DNA from: a virus
Lineage: Duplodnaviria > Caudoviricetes
DNA: 64,000 nucleotides
Direction: 5' to 3' (one strand)
Virus record (IMG/VR): IMGVR_UViG_3300028833_000053
Shown: piece after piece, positions 29,119 to 40,538 of the stretch
Layout: each line of letters begins with the position of its first letter
How positions within the stretch are numbered: the stretch's first letter is position 1
Program-made: the position numbers and the translations under genes
The notes under the pieces: generated by a model
Told to the model about the DNA's origin: nothing
What the model saw: the letters and a program-made list of their open reading frames with translations, nothing else
Databases searched by the model: none

Positions 29119-29616
29119 ATGACTTACGAAGAGTACAAGAACATCCACAAGGAATGGGTGGAGACGGACTCCATCAACCGGAAGAAGGAAATAGAGGAAA
29201 CCATATTCAACACAGCCTATGACCTGTTCCGGAAACTGCATGAGGTCTACAAGATGCGCGGCAAGAAGTTCGTACAGGACGACGAATACAGTGAAGTCAG
29301 GGGACATTACACGCTTGACATCGAAGACCTTGATCTTGATTGGAATGGCGACAACGTATACTTGCGATACGAGGACAGTTGGGCGTATGGTGGATATTGC
29401 GACATCACGATAACCGTCCCCATGAAGTATTTGGATGAAGGGAAACTTGCGGAACTTGACCGTCAGTTGCTGGAGGAGCGCATTGAGGAACTGCGCAAGA
29501 AGATAGACGATTCCAACGCGGGAATCCGCAGACTTGAGGAATACAAGCTCATCTGCTGCAATGATCTCAACGCCTGCAACAAGGAACTCCGCAAACTCAA
29601 TGGAGAGAGGGAATGA
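29119..29616 (+). CDS. Hypothetical protein with a coiled-coil C-terminus
   Basis: AAGGAG RBS, ORF track. Confidence 0.7.
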   Translation: MTYEEYKNIHKEWVETDSINRKKEIEETIFNTAYDLFRKLHEVYKMRGKKFVQDDEYSEVRGHYTLDIEDLDLDWNGDNVYLRYEDSWAYGGYCDITITVPMKYLDEGKLAELDRQLLEERIEELRKKIDDSNAGIRRLEEYKLICCNDLNACNKELRKLNGERE

Positions 29617-30414
29617 CCATATACGAGACAAACGCCGCTTTTGAGAAGAAGTACAACTACCGCCTTGCGGAGAAATGTTGCTTGAACTGCCAGTGGGGAA
29701 ATCCAGAATACGAGGGTGAGGCGACTTGTTGCCACCCAGAACGTGAAGTGCCTGTTGAGGAAACCGGTGAGACCTACATTGACCGACACAACACATGCGA
29801 ATGCAATGTCTGCGATGCATGGGAGAAGAAAAAGGAAATCAAGAAATGAACACCGAGAATATCACAACCGTTGGGGAACTCATTGACGCTCTCAGGGGGA
29901 TTCCACAGAACATGCGGATTTGCGGTTCAAAGCCAAACGGGCATGACGAATACGATTGCGAGGAAAGACCTTTCTGGGTGAAGAGGTACTATGATGGAAC
30001 CGAAGATGGTGTCATCTACATTGGCATCGACTACAAGCACCCAAACTGAAAAGGCAAGGGCGTTTGTCTCTACAGTGAAGAAGCTGGCCGAGAGGCAAAA
30101 CCTAAACGTGTTCATAGTGACCGATGGAGCGTCCGCAACGTTGAACAAGGGAAACCGGGCCGTGAGGAACGCAAGGGAAGCACATATCAAATGGGAACTT
30201 GAACATGGGTTTGATCCAAACGAGGAATACTGAAATGGATGGAAAATACGAGAAGTTTGTGGTTATGTGGAACAAAGGCAACGTTCCTCCAAATGCGATG
30301 CCCTGGACGGGAATTCATCAGGTGATGGCGTTCATCCAAGAGAAGCTTGAAGAGGGTTGCAACGTCCAAGTCAAGCCATTTACCAGAGAGGAATGGGCGA
30401 ACAAGGGTAAATAA
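29613..30414 (+). other. Four small hypothetical genes
   Basis: ORFs starting 29613, 29846, 29991 and 30235, closely spaced or overlapping. Confidence 0.6.
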
Positions 30415-30430
30415 ATTGAATTTATTTTAC

Positions 30431-30478
30431 AAACCCCATTGACTTCCGATGGGGGATATGTTATACTGTAGGTGTTCT
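30431..30478 (+). promoter_or_regulatory. Early sigma70-type promoter
   Basis: AAACCCC-A-TTGACT-17 nt-TATACT-GTAGGTGTTC. Confidence 0.75.
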
Positions 30479-30523
30479 GAGGGAAAGAAGCCCCCTACGA
30501 GTGCTTCAACAGGAGTAGTCAAG

Positions 30524-31141
30524 ATGGAGAAGTTCGTTGCTGTGAAGGTTGTCAAGGGTCGCAAGTTCCGTGGCGAGGCGTATGACATTGGGGCGCGGGT
30601 CTACACGTCCACCTTCAACATCTGGGGTCATGGCAAGGGTGGCTGGCGTTCCTGCGAGTCCATCAAGCTGTGGTCTCCCGACAAGGGCTATGTCTGGTGC
30701 AACCCATCCTATCTGGAGGAGCGCGAGGTGGCTCCCGAGGTGGAGCAGGCCGACTACGCCAAGTATGTCGATTTCCTCTTTGAGGACACCCTCAAGTTCT
30801 GCCGTTCCCGCTCCGCTGGCAAGCCCGAGAGCGAGGTGATTCGCTTCGCCAGGGCCTGCATCCGCAAGCACCACCCGGAGATTCTCGCCCTTTTTGACGA
30901 GAAGAACGGCTACCACGAGGACGTTGCCACCGTGGTTCAGTCCACCCTTGACTGGGCGTTCAAACTGGGCTATTCCAACGCCAAGTGCGTCCGCATCGCG
31001 CTCAAGGCTCTGCGCAAGAAGGGCGTGTTCGACAGCCCCGCGTTTGTCCCCGCCTGGACGATTTACCTTGACCTCCGTGGTCTGGGACATCTCGTCACCA
31101 AGTATTTCGCAGACTATGGCATCGTGGATTGCGTTGCCTGA
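30524..31141 (+). CDS. Hypothetical early protein (205 aa)
   Basis: AGGAG RBS, GC-rich codon bias. Confidence 0.8.
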   Translation: MEKFVAVKVVKGRKFRGEAYDIGARVYTSTFNIWGHGKGGWRSCESIKLWSPDKGYVWCNPSYLEEREVAPEVEQADYAKYVDFLFEDTLKFCRSRSAGKPESEVIRFARACIRKHHPEILALFDEKNGYHEDVATVVQSTLDWAFKLGYSNAKCVRIALKALRKKGVFDSPAFVPAWTIYLDLRGLGHLVTKYFADYGIVDCVA

Positions 31142-31423
31142 TTGGTAAATGAAGAGGTATGAAAATAGTGAAGTGCATAAAAGGATTCTTTGGTTGGGTA
31201 TACAACAGCTTTGCCCGTATTGTGTTCATGACGGTGTTCCTTGCCGTTGAGGCGTTGTGGATTTGGTTCTTGTACAAGGTTGGAAAGTTTCTCGTACTTG
31301 GCTTGATAAGCTTGTTCTGAGGTCGAATTCCCATTGATATTACAAGGGAATTAAATGAAGATGGGTGATTGGATAATGCCAACCACCCGTTTTTATTGTT
31401 CTCAAACACCATTGATATTATTA

Positions 31424-32158
31424 TCAAATGGAACGTAGAAACCTGTCAACAGCGCCCTTCATCTTCATGAACTTTTCGGCCTGGTCATTTGGTAGCGTTT
31501 TCAACGCATTCTTGAACTGGTCAACTGCCCTTGACTCCACTATGAGACGGTTGGAGTCCACAAGGTACTCAATGGATTCAAGTATGCCATTCACGGCCTT
31601 GCTTTCCTGCTTTGCATCGCAGAACCTTCCAATAGAGGGGTCGCAAACAAGGTCAATCGTGATAAGCTGATAGTCCCCAACGTAGGTGTTGCCCTCTTCA
31701 TCCTCTTCCGGGTTCCCAAGTCCACGGGTGGAGAATCCCATTCTTGTGCCATATTGCAGCATTGAACCAACGATTGTTCCACAAGGGGTTCCGGGAATAC
31801 CTGCCTTGGGGTCTCCCTGCATGATGATGGCTTCACCCAAGAAGGTCTTTTCATCGTGCGGGTCTTGGTAGAACTTCGTGATTCTTGCGCAAACGCGGTC
31901 GGGATTGATGTTGATGTCATCTGGATGTTCAAGTTCACTTAACGCACGGTGGGCGTTGATAACCTCTTGAAACTTCTTGCACTCCTCCACCATTTCCTCA
32001 AGGTGGTACATTCTGCTGTTGTTGTTCAACGTCTCGCATACGGCGAACGGACCCGCCAGCTTCAACAAGGTGGAACCGTCCTTGCCGGATTCCTTGATTA
32101 GGTCGTAGTCGTGCAAATCCGATTCAACAATGAGTTTCTTGGCTGTTAGTTTTCCCAT
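31424..32158 (-). CDS. T4 gp21-like prohead protease
   Basis: NNNSRMY, ALSELEHP, GTPCG, GFSTRGLG, ITIDLVCDPS motifs. Confidence 0.9.
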   Translation of the reverse strand: MGKLTAKKLIVESDLHDYDLIKESGKDGSTLLKLAGPFAVCETLNNNSRMYHLEEMVEECKKFQEVINAHRALSELEHPDDININPDRVCARITKFYQDPHDEKTFLGEAIIMQGDPKAGIPGTPCGTIVGSMLQYGTRMGFSTRGLGNPEEDEEGNTYVGDYQLITIDLVCDPSIGRFCDAKQESKAVNGILESIEYLVDSNRLIVESRAVDQFKNALKTLPNDQAEKFMKMKGAVDRFLRSI

Positions 32159-32197
32159 ATCACATCACTCTCTGTTTATGTTCTTTCTTGTATTGTA

Positions 32198-32236
32198 TAT
32201 TTACCAAACTCGTTTCAAAAATGGAATTGGTAAATA
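32198..32236. promoter_or_regulatory. Back-to-back putative late promoters (GGTAAATA)
   Basis: Motif on the minus strand at 32198-32205 and on the plus strand at 32229-32236. Confidence 0.6.
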
Positions 32237-32265
32237 TCATTGTAACCGAATAAGGAGACAACAAA

Positions 32266-32469
32266 ATGAAAATCACAAGACACCTTCTCGACAATGGCAT
32301 GGACATCATGCATGTAAAGTATTCCAAGGCAGAAATCAAGGCGGCAGTTGAACGCATAAAAGCACACAAGGCGGAATTGGAAAAGAAGAAAGAAGAGGAG
32401 AAGAAGCAAGAGGAAGAAGGGGAAACGTCTCGTAAGACGAAGAAAGGAACAAAGAGGAATGCAAAGTGA
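32266..32469 (+). CDS. Small charged hypothetical protein
   Basis: AAGGAG RBS. Confidence 0.6.
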   Translation: MKITRHLLDNGMDIMHVKYSKAEIKAAVERIKAHKAELEKKKEEEKKQEEEGETSRKTKKGTKRNAK

Positions 32470-33349
32470 ATTCCCCGTTGACCTTGTTGTAACTTACGTT
32501 GACAACACGGACCCTGTATGGCAAGAGGCAATCTCGCAATACGACACGGAGATTGAACCAAAGCGATACAGGAGTTGGGACATTTTTCACTACTGGTTCA
32601 GGGGCGTGGAGAAGAACATGCCCTTCATACGTACAGTCCATCTTGTAGTGTCGAACATAGAGCAGGTTCCGAAGTGGCTTGACCAAAGCAAAGTCCATGT
32701 GGTTCTGCACAAGGACATAATACCGGAGAAACTGCTTCCCACGTTCAACAGCACGACCATAGAAATGTACCTGTACAAGATTCCGGGATTGGCGGAGCAT
32801 TTCATCTATTCCAACGATGACATGATGCCAATCAATCCAATGACGGTTGGGGACTTCTTCAGGGATGGACTGCCCATATACTAGTTGATTGAAAAGGCAA
32901 GTTCACGCAACGTATTCAGAATGCAGTGCAAGAATTCCTACAGGCTTGCAGCAGAACTTGCACATCATCCAATACAGGGACTGAAATACTTCTACATCAA
33001 GCACTCCATGGACCCGATGCTGAAGAGCGTATGCGATGAAGTCCATCAAAAAGCCGGCTAGAAGATTCAAAGCGTCTGCACGAAGTTCCGTGAACCATTC
33101 AACTACACGCAATATCTGTTCCCGGACTATGGCTACTTGACAAGTAGGGGCGTTCTTGGAACATACTCTTTCGTGTATGCCAACATTGGAAACCTCAGCT
33201 ATGCCTGTCAGTTGCTTAAAAGCAATTCCATAAGAATTGTGTGCATAAATGATTCTGGCAAAGTCAAGGACTTTGAACTGGCAAAACAGATAATGACGCA
33301 AACCCTGAACTAGAGGTTTCCACACAAATCGAGGTTTGAAAACCAATGA
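32459..33349 (+). CDS. Stealth-family hexose-1-phosphate transferase with 3 in-frame TAG
   Basis: DLVVTYVD (CR1), PTFNS..IE and FIYSNDD (CR2); CIND and FPHKSRFE (CR4) are reached only by reading through TAG. Confidence 0.9.
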
Positions 33350-34026
33350 AACTTTCAAAACAGGTGTTAGACACGCTTCGTAGAAACTTTGCCATGAGGT
33401 TTATGGCAAAGCATCCTTTGATAATAGGAAACAATTGCCTTTCATCATATGTCTATTCTTGTTCCCAATCCCAATTCAATACCCCATTTGTATGGTCTGT
33501 TGTTTCCCCCAAAGACATGTTGTTTTTGATGGACAACTTCTGGAACATTGACTTCAATGACGTGGAGTTTAGTTTGGTATAGCAAACAACATAGATTTTT
33601 AGTAAAGAATATGTAAAAGCATGTATAAACAAAAAAGTGGATATACATTTCATACACTATATTACACACATTGAAGGTAAAGGAACTAGAAACAACTTGG
33701 TTTCGGATGAAATACTTGACATAGCCAAGGAAAAATATTTTAACCGTTTGCAAAGAATGATGCAAATGAAGGGAAATGCAGATCCCTTTTTCATGGTCTA
33801 CGTTAATTCTTCTGAAGATATGAAACTTGAAGGGTTTGAAAATGCCATACACGAAATGAAGAATAGAAAAGATGTCCATATAATATATCAAAGAACAGAT
33901 AAATCGGACAATACATTCAAGGATGATTATTCAAACCTGTTCATATATGACAGGAAGAAAAAAACCAGAATCCAAGAAGGTATGTTGTATACTTTATTGG
34001 AATACTTGAACGATCAATGCAATTGA
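33346..34026 (+). CDS. DUF1919-like polysaccharide-locus protein with 2 in-frame TAG
   Basis: IIGNNC...FNTPFV...IHFIHY. Confidence 0.55.
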
Positions 34027-34035
34027 GAAAAAACA

Positions 34036-34896
34036 ATGTCAAAAAAGAGGAATAAGTTCATCCGCTGGGTTTCCCAATTGAAAATATGCACCTTGATGAC
34101 CAAAGAGGATATTAGGGAGGCTGAAAATTTCTACGAGAATAAATAGGGCAGGGAAGAAATAACCATCTGCATGGCTACACATCCTCCAAAGGGAATATTG
34201 TGGAAAAACGCATATTCGGATTTACGAGAACAATGCGATAGGTTTATCCTGGTTCTCGGCGGCGACTACTGCATCAATGGAATTCCGGATGGGTTTCTTG
34301 ACGATAACCATAAACGCGACATTGAATCGGGAAAATTGAAGATTGTCATTGCCGGAAAGGACGGACTTCCAAAAGACAAGGGATGCCAGAACAAGTTCAT
34401 GTTCTATGGTGATTTTCCAGGTTACTACTGCACATTTGACGATGACTTCAGATGGTCGAAGAATTGCGTATATCAATTGATTCAAAAATACGAAGCATAC
34501 AAGAGAAAAGCCATCGTATCCTTTCTTGGATTTAGATATTCAACGAAAAATGGGAAGATAAATACCAAAAAGAAACATCCTGTTCATTGCATTAGATGCC
34601 ATTTAGACTAGCCTTGCCACATAATAGGTGGTGGTTGTTCCGTGTCAAGACCAATTGACTTCAATTTGACGAAAAACGAATTCCTAGATTAGCCTAAAAA
34701 CATGGGTGATGACGAAATTCTGGCTTTGTGGGCATAGCGGAACAATGTGCCATTGATTGCTGTAGACAACACCCATTGTTTAATTGAATCCCAGAAATAC
34801 GATATCAAAATAGCTCTTTGTTACATTCACCGACTTGACGACCATAGGTTCAAGGTATTAAACACATATTCAAACTGGCATTTGGTTACGCCTTGA
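34036..34896 (+). CDS. GT-A fold glycosyltransferase with 4 in-frame TAG
   Basis: ICMATHP, NKF, TFDDDF, IIGGGC, MGDDE. Confidence 0.7.
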
Positions 34897-34901
34897 TGAC
34901 G

Positions 34902-36017
34902 TTAACTTCCACTCCCGCTACTGGAACCACTGCTTCCTGAATCTCCATGAAGTACAAGAAGTCCGTCAATGCAGTAGCAAATCACTGGGAAGGTATTTCC
35001 TGACGAAGATACACCCAAATACCAAATAGGGGCATTCTATGCCACGTCGGCTCTTGTTATTCCATCAAACCAAACCTCGGTAAGATTATCACATCCGTAG
35101 AATGCCCCCATCCCAATGTCACTCGGAGACGATATTGAATCGGGTATGGCTAATCTTTGCATATTATAAAAGCCTCTAAATACGCCGTCATCAAGATAAG
35201 TTACGGAAGTTCCTATTTGCATTTCCTCAATGTCCTGTTCATATACGGGAAAATAAGCACTCCATGTATTATAACTTACCATTCCTTCAATTAAAGCTGA
35301 ATAACTAACATGCCCTACAGTAGTTAGTGAAGTTTCACGCCCGCGTATTTCCTACGCGCTTCCTTCACTACTGCTTCCCTCACCACCATTCAACACAAGC
35401 AACCCGTCCTGACAATGCACGATTACGGGCCATGTTGCCCAGCCTGAGATTTCAAATCCCAATCCCCAATCAGACCCGCCATGAATGGAAACATAATCAC
35501 GCTGGAAACTCTCCATCCACACTTCTTGTAAACCATTACATCCCCAAAACGCCCCCAACCCTATTGATGGTGTACTATCTATTGTCACGCTCGTCAGACC
35601 TCTGCAGCCGGAGAACGCAGACTCCCCGATGCTCGTCACGCTGTTAGGAATCGTCACGCTAGTCAGGCCGCTGCAATCGGTGAACGCATTCCACCCGATG
35701 CTCGTAACGCTATTGGGTATTGTCATGCTCGTAAGCCCACTGCAATTGTAGAACGCCTGATACCTGATGCTCGTCACGGTGTTTCCAACTTCCACTGCAA
35801 CAACATCTGTTCTTGAATGTCCGTCAATGTTGTCTATCTTTGCCTGTGTCAGTTCCCCAGTTATGGCAACGTCGGAATATGCCGCATCCCTTGATTGCAC
35901 ATTTCCGCTTCTAGGTGCAGTCCACCACAGTCGGGTCAAAGCCGGGTCTCTGTAACCATTTGTCATCACGTTGATGCTACCACCAACCAGTTTGTCCACA
36001 GTAATTTTTATTGCCAT
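34902..36017 (-). CDS. BspA-type leucine-rich-repeat protein, 371 aa with 2 in-frame TAG
   Basis: Repeats of [21 protein letters not shown]; two modules each ending PVI..C.DGLLVL.G plus a Ser/Gly tail. Confidence 0.85.
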
Positions 36018-36105
36018 TTTTATCCACCTATTGAACTTGTATAACTTTATTTACAAACAAAACATCAAATACGGAAATGGTAAATACCTGAAAGAGATTT
36101 TACCA

Positions 36106-37245
36106 ATGCAGATAAGAAACTGGAATAGCGAACTGCGCATAGCAAACATCATGTTCGCCTCGTTGTTCAGGAACTTCCGAATAACAAGGTCATAGGACTC
36201 GGAAAACAAGACCGTCGAGACGTTTGACGTTCCCGTTGTCATCGCCGACCGCAGCCGCATATTCAAGAACTTGGAGAAGTCAGGATTGAAGTTGCCATTG
36301 ATAACGGTGTAGAGAACGGGCATTTCGGTGGCAACGTCAAGGATAACAAACCTCCACAACGAAATCAAGAACCAGGAAATGGAGGGGCGCATAAACTACA
36401 ACCTCTATACTCCATGCCCAATTGACCTTCAATTTTAGGTGACGTTGGTTTCAAGATGGATGTCCGACATTGACATGATGCTTGGGCAGATAATGCCGTT
36501 CTTCAACACGGACGTCTACGTTTCCCACAGACATCCAAAGTATTCCAACGTGAAGTATTCATCCCAGGTTGTGATGTCTCCAGACATAAGCATAGAATCC
36601 TCTCCCGACATTTCAAATGACACGGATGAAATCCACACCGCCCAATTGACGTTCACCTACAAGACGCACATATTCGGTGGAACGGAACAGGCTAAACTTT
36701 CCGCAATCAATCCATACACCGCGCCCATTACGAAGATTGGCATTGAACTTCACGCCGTCCCCTATCTTGAACCGGATGATGGCAATATCCCATACAACAC
36801 AAGCGGACATCTTGAAGGACATAATTCGGACATAAACCACAAGGAGATGACCATAGAGAACTACCTTGGAAAACTTGACAACGGTGAAATCCCATATCCG
36901 GAGTATGAAATGATTGATTGGATATTGGACTACGAAAGGAATCCTGAAACAGGAGAGCTTGAACCTGTCACAGATCCAAACAAACCCTTTGCATATACAC
37001 CACAAGCGGGTGATGGTCTTACATATGTCAACAAACGCCACAGGCTTTATGATTAGGAAGTTGAAATAACTCCCGATCACATGAAGAAAACCATACAGTC
37101 CCAAAACTACGTCAATCAATGGGGGTTGCCTTATACAGAAATCGAAACAAGACCTTGGAACGATGCTGGAATAATAAGCGAGGTGACAGAAGAAGATCTC
37201 CAGAAGGAGAACCCCATGGGAACGGATGACTACACACCTTATTGA
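36106..37245 (+). CDS. T4 gp15-like tail sheath stabiliser/completion protein with 4 in-frame TAG
   Basis: FASLFRNFRITR..FDVPV..KLPLI..PCPIDL.F.VTLVSRW.SDIDMMLGQIMPFFN. Confidence 0.75.
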
Positions 37246-38480
37246 TTGAACATTTCAATATTCAGGTTTTTAATGTCTTTACCTCGCAAGATGATAACAT
37301 TATTTGCCAACATACATTGATGCTTTGCTTCCATGACTTTGCATCTCCACTCGTACTCTTCATCAGACAAGTCTCCTTTCCATGTCATGTACATTTCTTC
37401 TTCTCCAGTTGTTTCGTTTATCCTGAAGAAGTTGTCGCCCTTGACTTCCACTATTCTGTCACCAACAAGAAAGTCTGGATGATAATAGTGTCTCGTTCCT
37501 TCGCAATAATATGGGATGGCTATAGCTGGTTGATACTTGAATTGGATATTGTGTTCAACAAGAAAGTCATAGACCTTGAACTCCCATGATGTAGCGAATT
37601 CCATATCAGGATACTTTGGATTTGTGTATTTCCATTTTCGTGTATAGTCATTAGATTGCTGATAATAATCAACACCCCATTTATGTTGACAGGTTTTTCT
37701 CGCTTTCTTCATTAACTCTTTAGAACGAGCAGGATTATCGACACCAAATCTATCAAGACAAGTCTTTTTGGCTTTCTTCATAATCTCATTTGATTGTAAT
37801 GGATGTTTGACCCCATGTCGTTTCAACATGGTTGCTTTACATTTATTATAAACTTCTATTGAACATGTTGGTGAATTTCCTCCATACAGAACCCTATTGG
37901 TGCGCTTTGCCTTTTCCTGTATTTCCTTGCACTTCATAGGATTGTCTACGCCAAGATTTTTCATTAATGTTGCTTTAGACTTCTCAATAACACTTTGAAC
38001 TAATAGTGATGATTTAACACCAAATTTGTTCATGTTTCCGTCAATAACTCGCTGCCCAAACGAAGGATCTTCGTTGTTACACTTCAAACAACAAAATTTG
38101 CTTATTCGATTTCTTTTATCGTCCCAACCAACAAAATTGTGAGTTGGGCAATTTGGGTTTTGGCAAATCGGTGGTTCAGTTATATTGTGTTCTATGCAAT
38201 ATATTCTTGCCCTGATGGGAACCTTCTTATCTTGGTAAAATATATTCCACAAAGAAGTTCTATTACACAATTCAAGATATAAGTTTGGACTGACTTTACT
38301 TAAATTGCAAGATAACCACCAATATGTGTTATGCCCTTGAATATTGTGTATCAATTGAAGCAACTCCAAGTTGGAAATTTTCTTCAATTCTTCTTCACTA
38401 TAGTGTATAATTTCTTTAGTCATTTGTGATACCTCGTATATCATAAGTGATTTGGTGGTTGGGATGCCAGTCTCAATCAC
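37239..38480 (-). CDS. Putative homing endonuclease with repeated K.T...(Y/F)GV.NP units and a PD-(D/E)XK C-terminus; start uncertain
   Basis: TSWE..YHPDF..VEVKG; AT-rich insertion. Confidence 0.7.
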   Translation of the reverse strand: MIETGIPTTKSLMIYEVSQMTKEIIHYSEEELKKISNLELLQLIHNIQGHNTYWWLSCNLSKVSPNLYLELCNRTSLWNIFYQDKKVPIRARIYCIEHNITEPPICQNPNCPTHNFVGWDDKRNRISKFCCLKCNNEDPSFGQRVIDGNMNKFGVKSSLLVQSVIEKSKATLMKNLGVDNPMKCKEIQEKAKRTNRVLYGGNSPTCSIEVYNKCKATMLKRHGVKHPLQSNEIMKKAKKTCLDRFGVDNPARSKELMKKARKTCQHKWGVDYYQQSNDYTRKWKYTNPKYPDMEFATSWEFKVYDFLVEHNIQFKYQPAIAIPYYCEGTRHYYHPDFLVGDRIVEVKGDNFFRINETTGEEEMYMTWKGDLSDEEYEWRCKVMEAKHQCMLANNVIILRGKDIKNLNIEMFNQ

Positions 38481-38558
38481 CTTTACTATTTACAATTATA
38501 CGAAATAAATAGTAATAGCATATATTGTGATTAAGGACATGCTTGTATAATTCAATGT

Positions 38559-39008
38559 ATGGACAATTCACATACATTCTACATTTGCTACCAACTTGAA
38601 AAGGACTCCGAACTAAATGGAAACAAGATTGTTTCCGGTTTCTACAGATATACCTATGACCTTTCCGGGGTTGACGTTCCAAATCCTTGCCAATATTCCA
38701 AGGACCGATATGAATGGACTGATTGTGACACGTTCAAGAGCCTTGCGGAGTTCCAGGACTTCTTTGACAAGAAGATTGAACCAAAACCCATCAAGTTCGA
38801 GCAAGAGAACTATATCGAGACCATGACGTATCGTGGAAAGGCCGTACCCATATTCAACGACGACTACGGGCAATGCTTCTACTGCATATTCAACAACGAA
38901 GTGCTTTCATTCGGTTCGTTCCAACCCGATTACGAATATGAAGTGAAGAGCCTTATTGACTACGAAATCGACAAACGCCCTCCAAACATTTCTTCTTCCC
39001 ACGCATAA
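38559..39008 (+). CDS. Hypothetical protein
   Basis: ORF track, TATAAT upstream. Confidence 0.65.
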   Translation: MDNSHTFYICYQLEKDSELNGNKIVSGFYRYTYDLSGVDVPNPCQYSKDRYEWTDCDTFKSLAEFQDFFDKKIEPKPIKFEQENYIETMTYRGKAVPIFNDDYGQCFYCIFNNEVLSFGSFQPDYEYEVKSLIDYEIDKRPPNISSSHA

Positions 39009-39044
39009 TGATTGTTGTTCCGGAATGGTAAATACCTTTATCGT

Positions 39045-40517
39045 ATGGCAGAACAACACGAAGAGATTACCCAATATCTGGACAACATACAGTTCCTCTC
39101 ACCTAACGAGCCTATAACCCGCTAGGGGATTGAGCGCATTCTGAAACAGATGAACAACGCCACGTTGGACTTGGAGTATTACCTTGGGGCGGGAAAGAAA
39201 ACCATCGTGATGTGGAACCCGAACCTCTCCTATGACAAGGACGAAATCGTGTTGTACTACAAGACGGAAAACGAGCAACGGGCCCCTGAAGTTGAGAAAA
39301 GGGAATTCGTGTTCGTGCTTGTGTCAACGAAGAACGGCAACACGTCGATGCCGAACTACACCTTGGTTGATGGCATTCCCGATTTCGGAAAGTCCAATTG
39401 GCGTTTGATGAACCCCCTTTCCTACCTTTTGCAAGACCTCATAGGGATGCGTGAAGTTGTGAAGGAAGTGTTCGAGAACTTGTTGAAGGAGCATGTTGAA
39501 GAGGAACATGGTCTGCTTGGAAGTGAGGACATTGCCAGCAACTTGGTGAAGAAGGACTATTCCAACCTGAACGCAACTTGGAACATGGGTTCTTTGGCGT
39601 TGGGCATAAACGGCGGCGGCCAAGTTGAAAAGACGGACAAAATCACCTACCTCTGCAAGTTGAACTCCAATGGCGTGATGGAGTACCAAATAAAGTATTC
39701 CTTCGACTCAAAAGCCAATCAACTCATCCGCATAAAGGACAAGAGGTACTATTACGAAAAGTCCCCCATTTGGGATGAATCCGACCAGTCCATCTTTTCA
39801 CAGAAATACACGGAAGACAATTTGTTCTCTGTAAACGTCAACAAGCGGGAGACTGGACTTGGCGATGAGCAGATTCGCATACGCGACTTGATATACACGG
39901 AAATCCAAAACTACCTTGGGTTGCACATCTACGAAGGGAACAACTCCGATTCACGAAATGCGGTGCGCGCCGATATGGAAAAGCTTTTGGAAGGGTTCAA
40001 GTAGAAGAAGGACATACTTGAATACACAATCAGCCTGAACAAGGCAAGTGAAAACGATTGGCGTTTGGCGTTTGGTTGGAAGGTTATACAGGAAGACGCG
40101 GTGTTAATGTCGGAGTTTCTGTTCAAGACATCCAACATCGTGTTCCAGAAAAACACCACCCAGACCAAACTTGAATACGTCTCGTTCTACAACTTGAGGT
40201 ATGGCACTAACGTGTTTCATTCACAAATAGAGTTCCCCGAGGATTTCCCCCAGTTCGTGAATGACCAGTACATGGTGTTCTTCGACACGTATGGAAATGG
40301 AGATTTCGTCTTTGGATATGACCGTGACGAGATAATGTCAAAGGACGAACCCACCTATGACGCGGTTGTTTCGTTGCCAATGCTGATGAACAAGACGGAA
40401 AGGGGATTTGACGTGGTGCTTCCTGTGCATACGTATTTCAATTCAATGCAAAAATACAACGTCGGCGTTCCGTGGAGCAACGTGTTCACGATGCAGGTGA
40501 TAGGGCGTTACAGATGA
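39045..40517 (+). CDS. Probable virion protein, 490 aa with 2 in-frame TAG
   Basis: GGTAAATA upstream; ORFs 39150 and 40065 join in frame. Confidence 0.65.
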
Positions 40518-40538
40518 AGATTTAAGAGGTAAAGAGAA

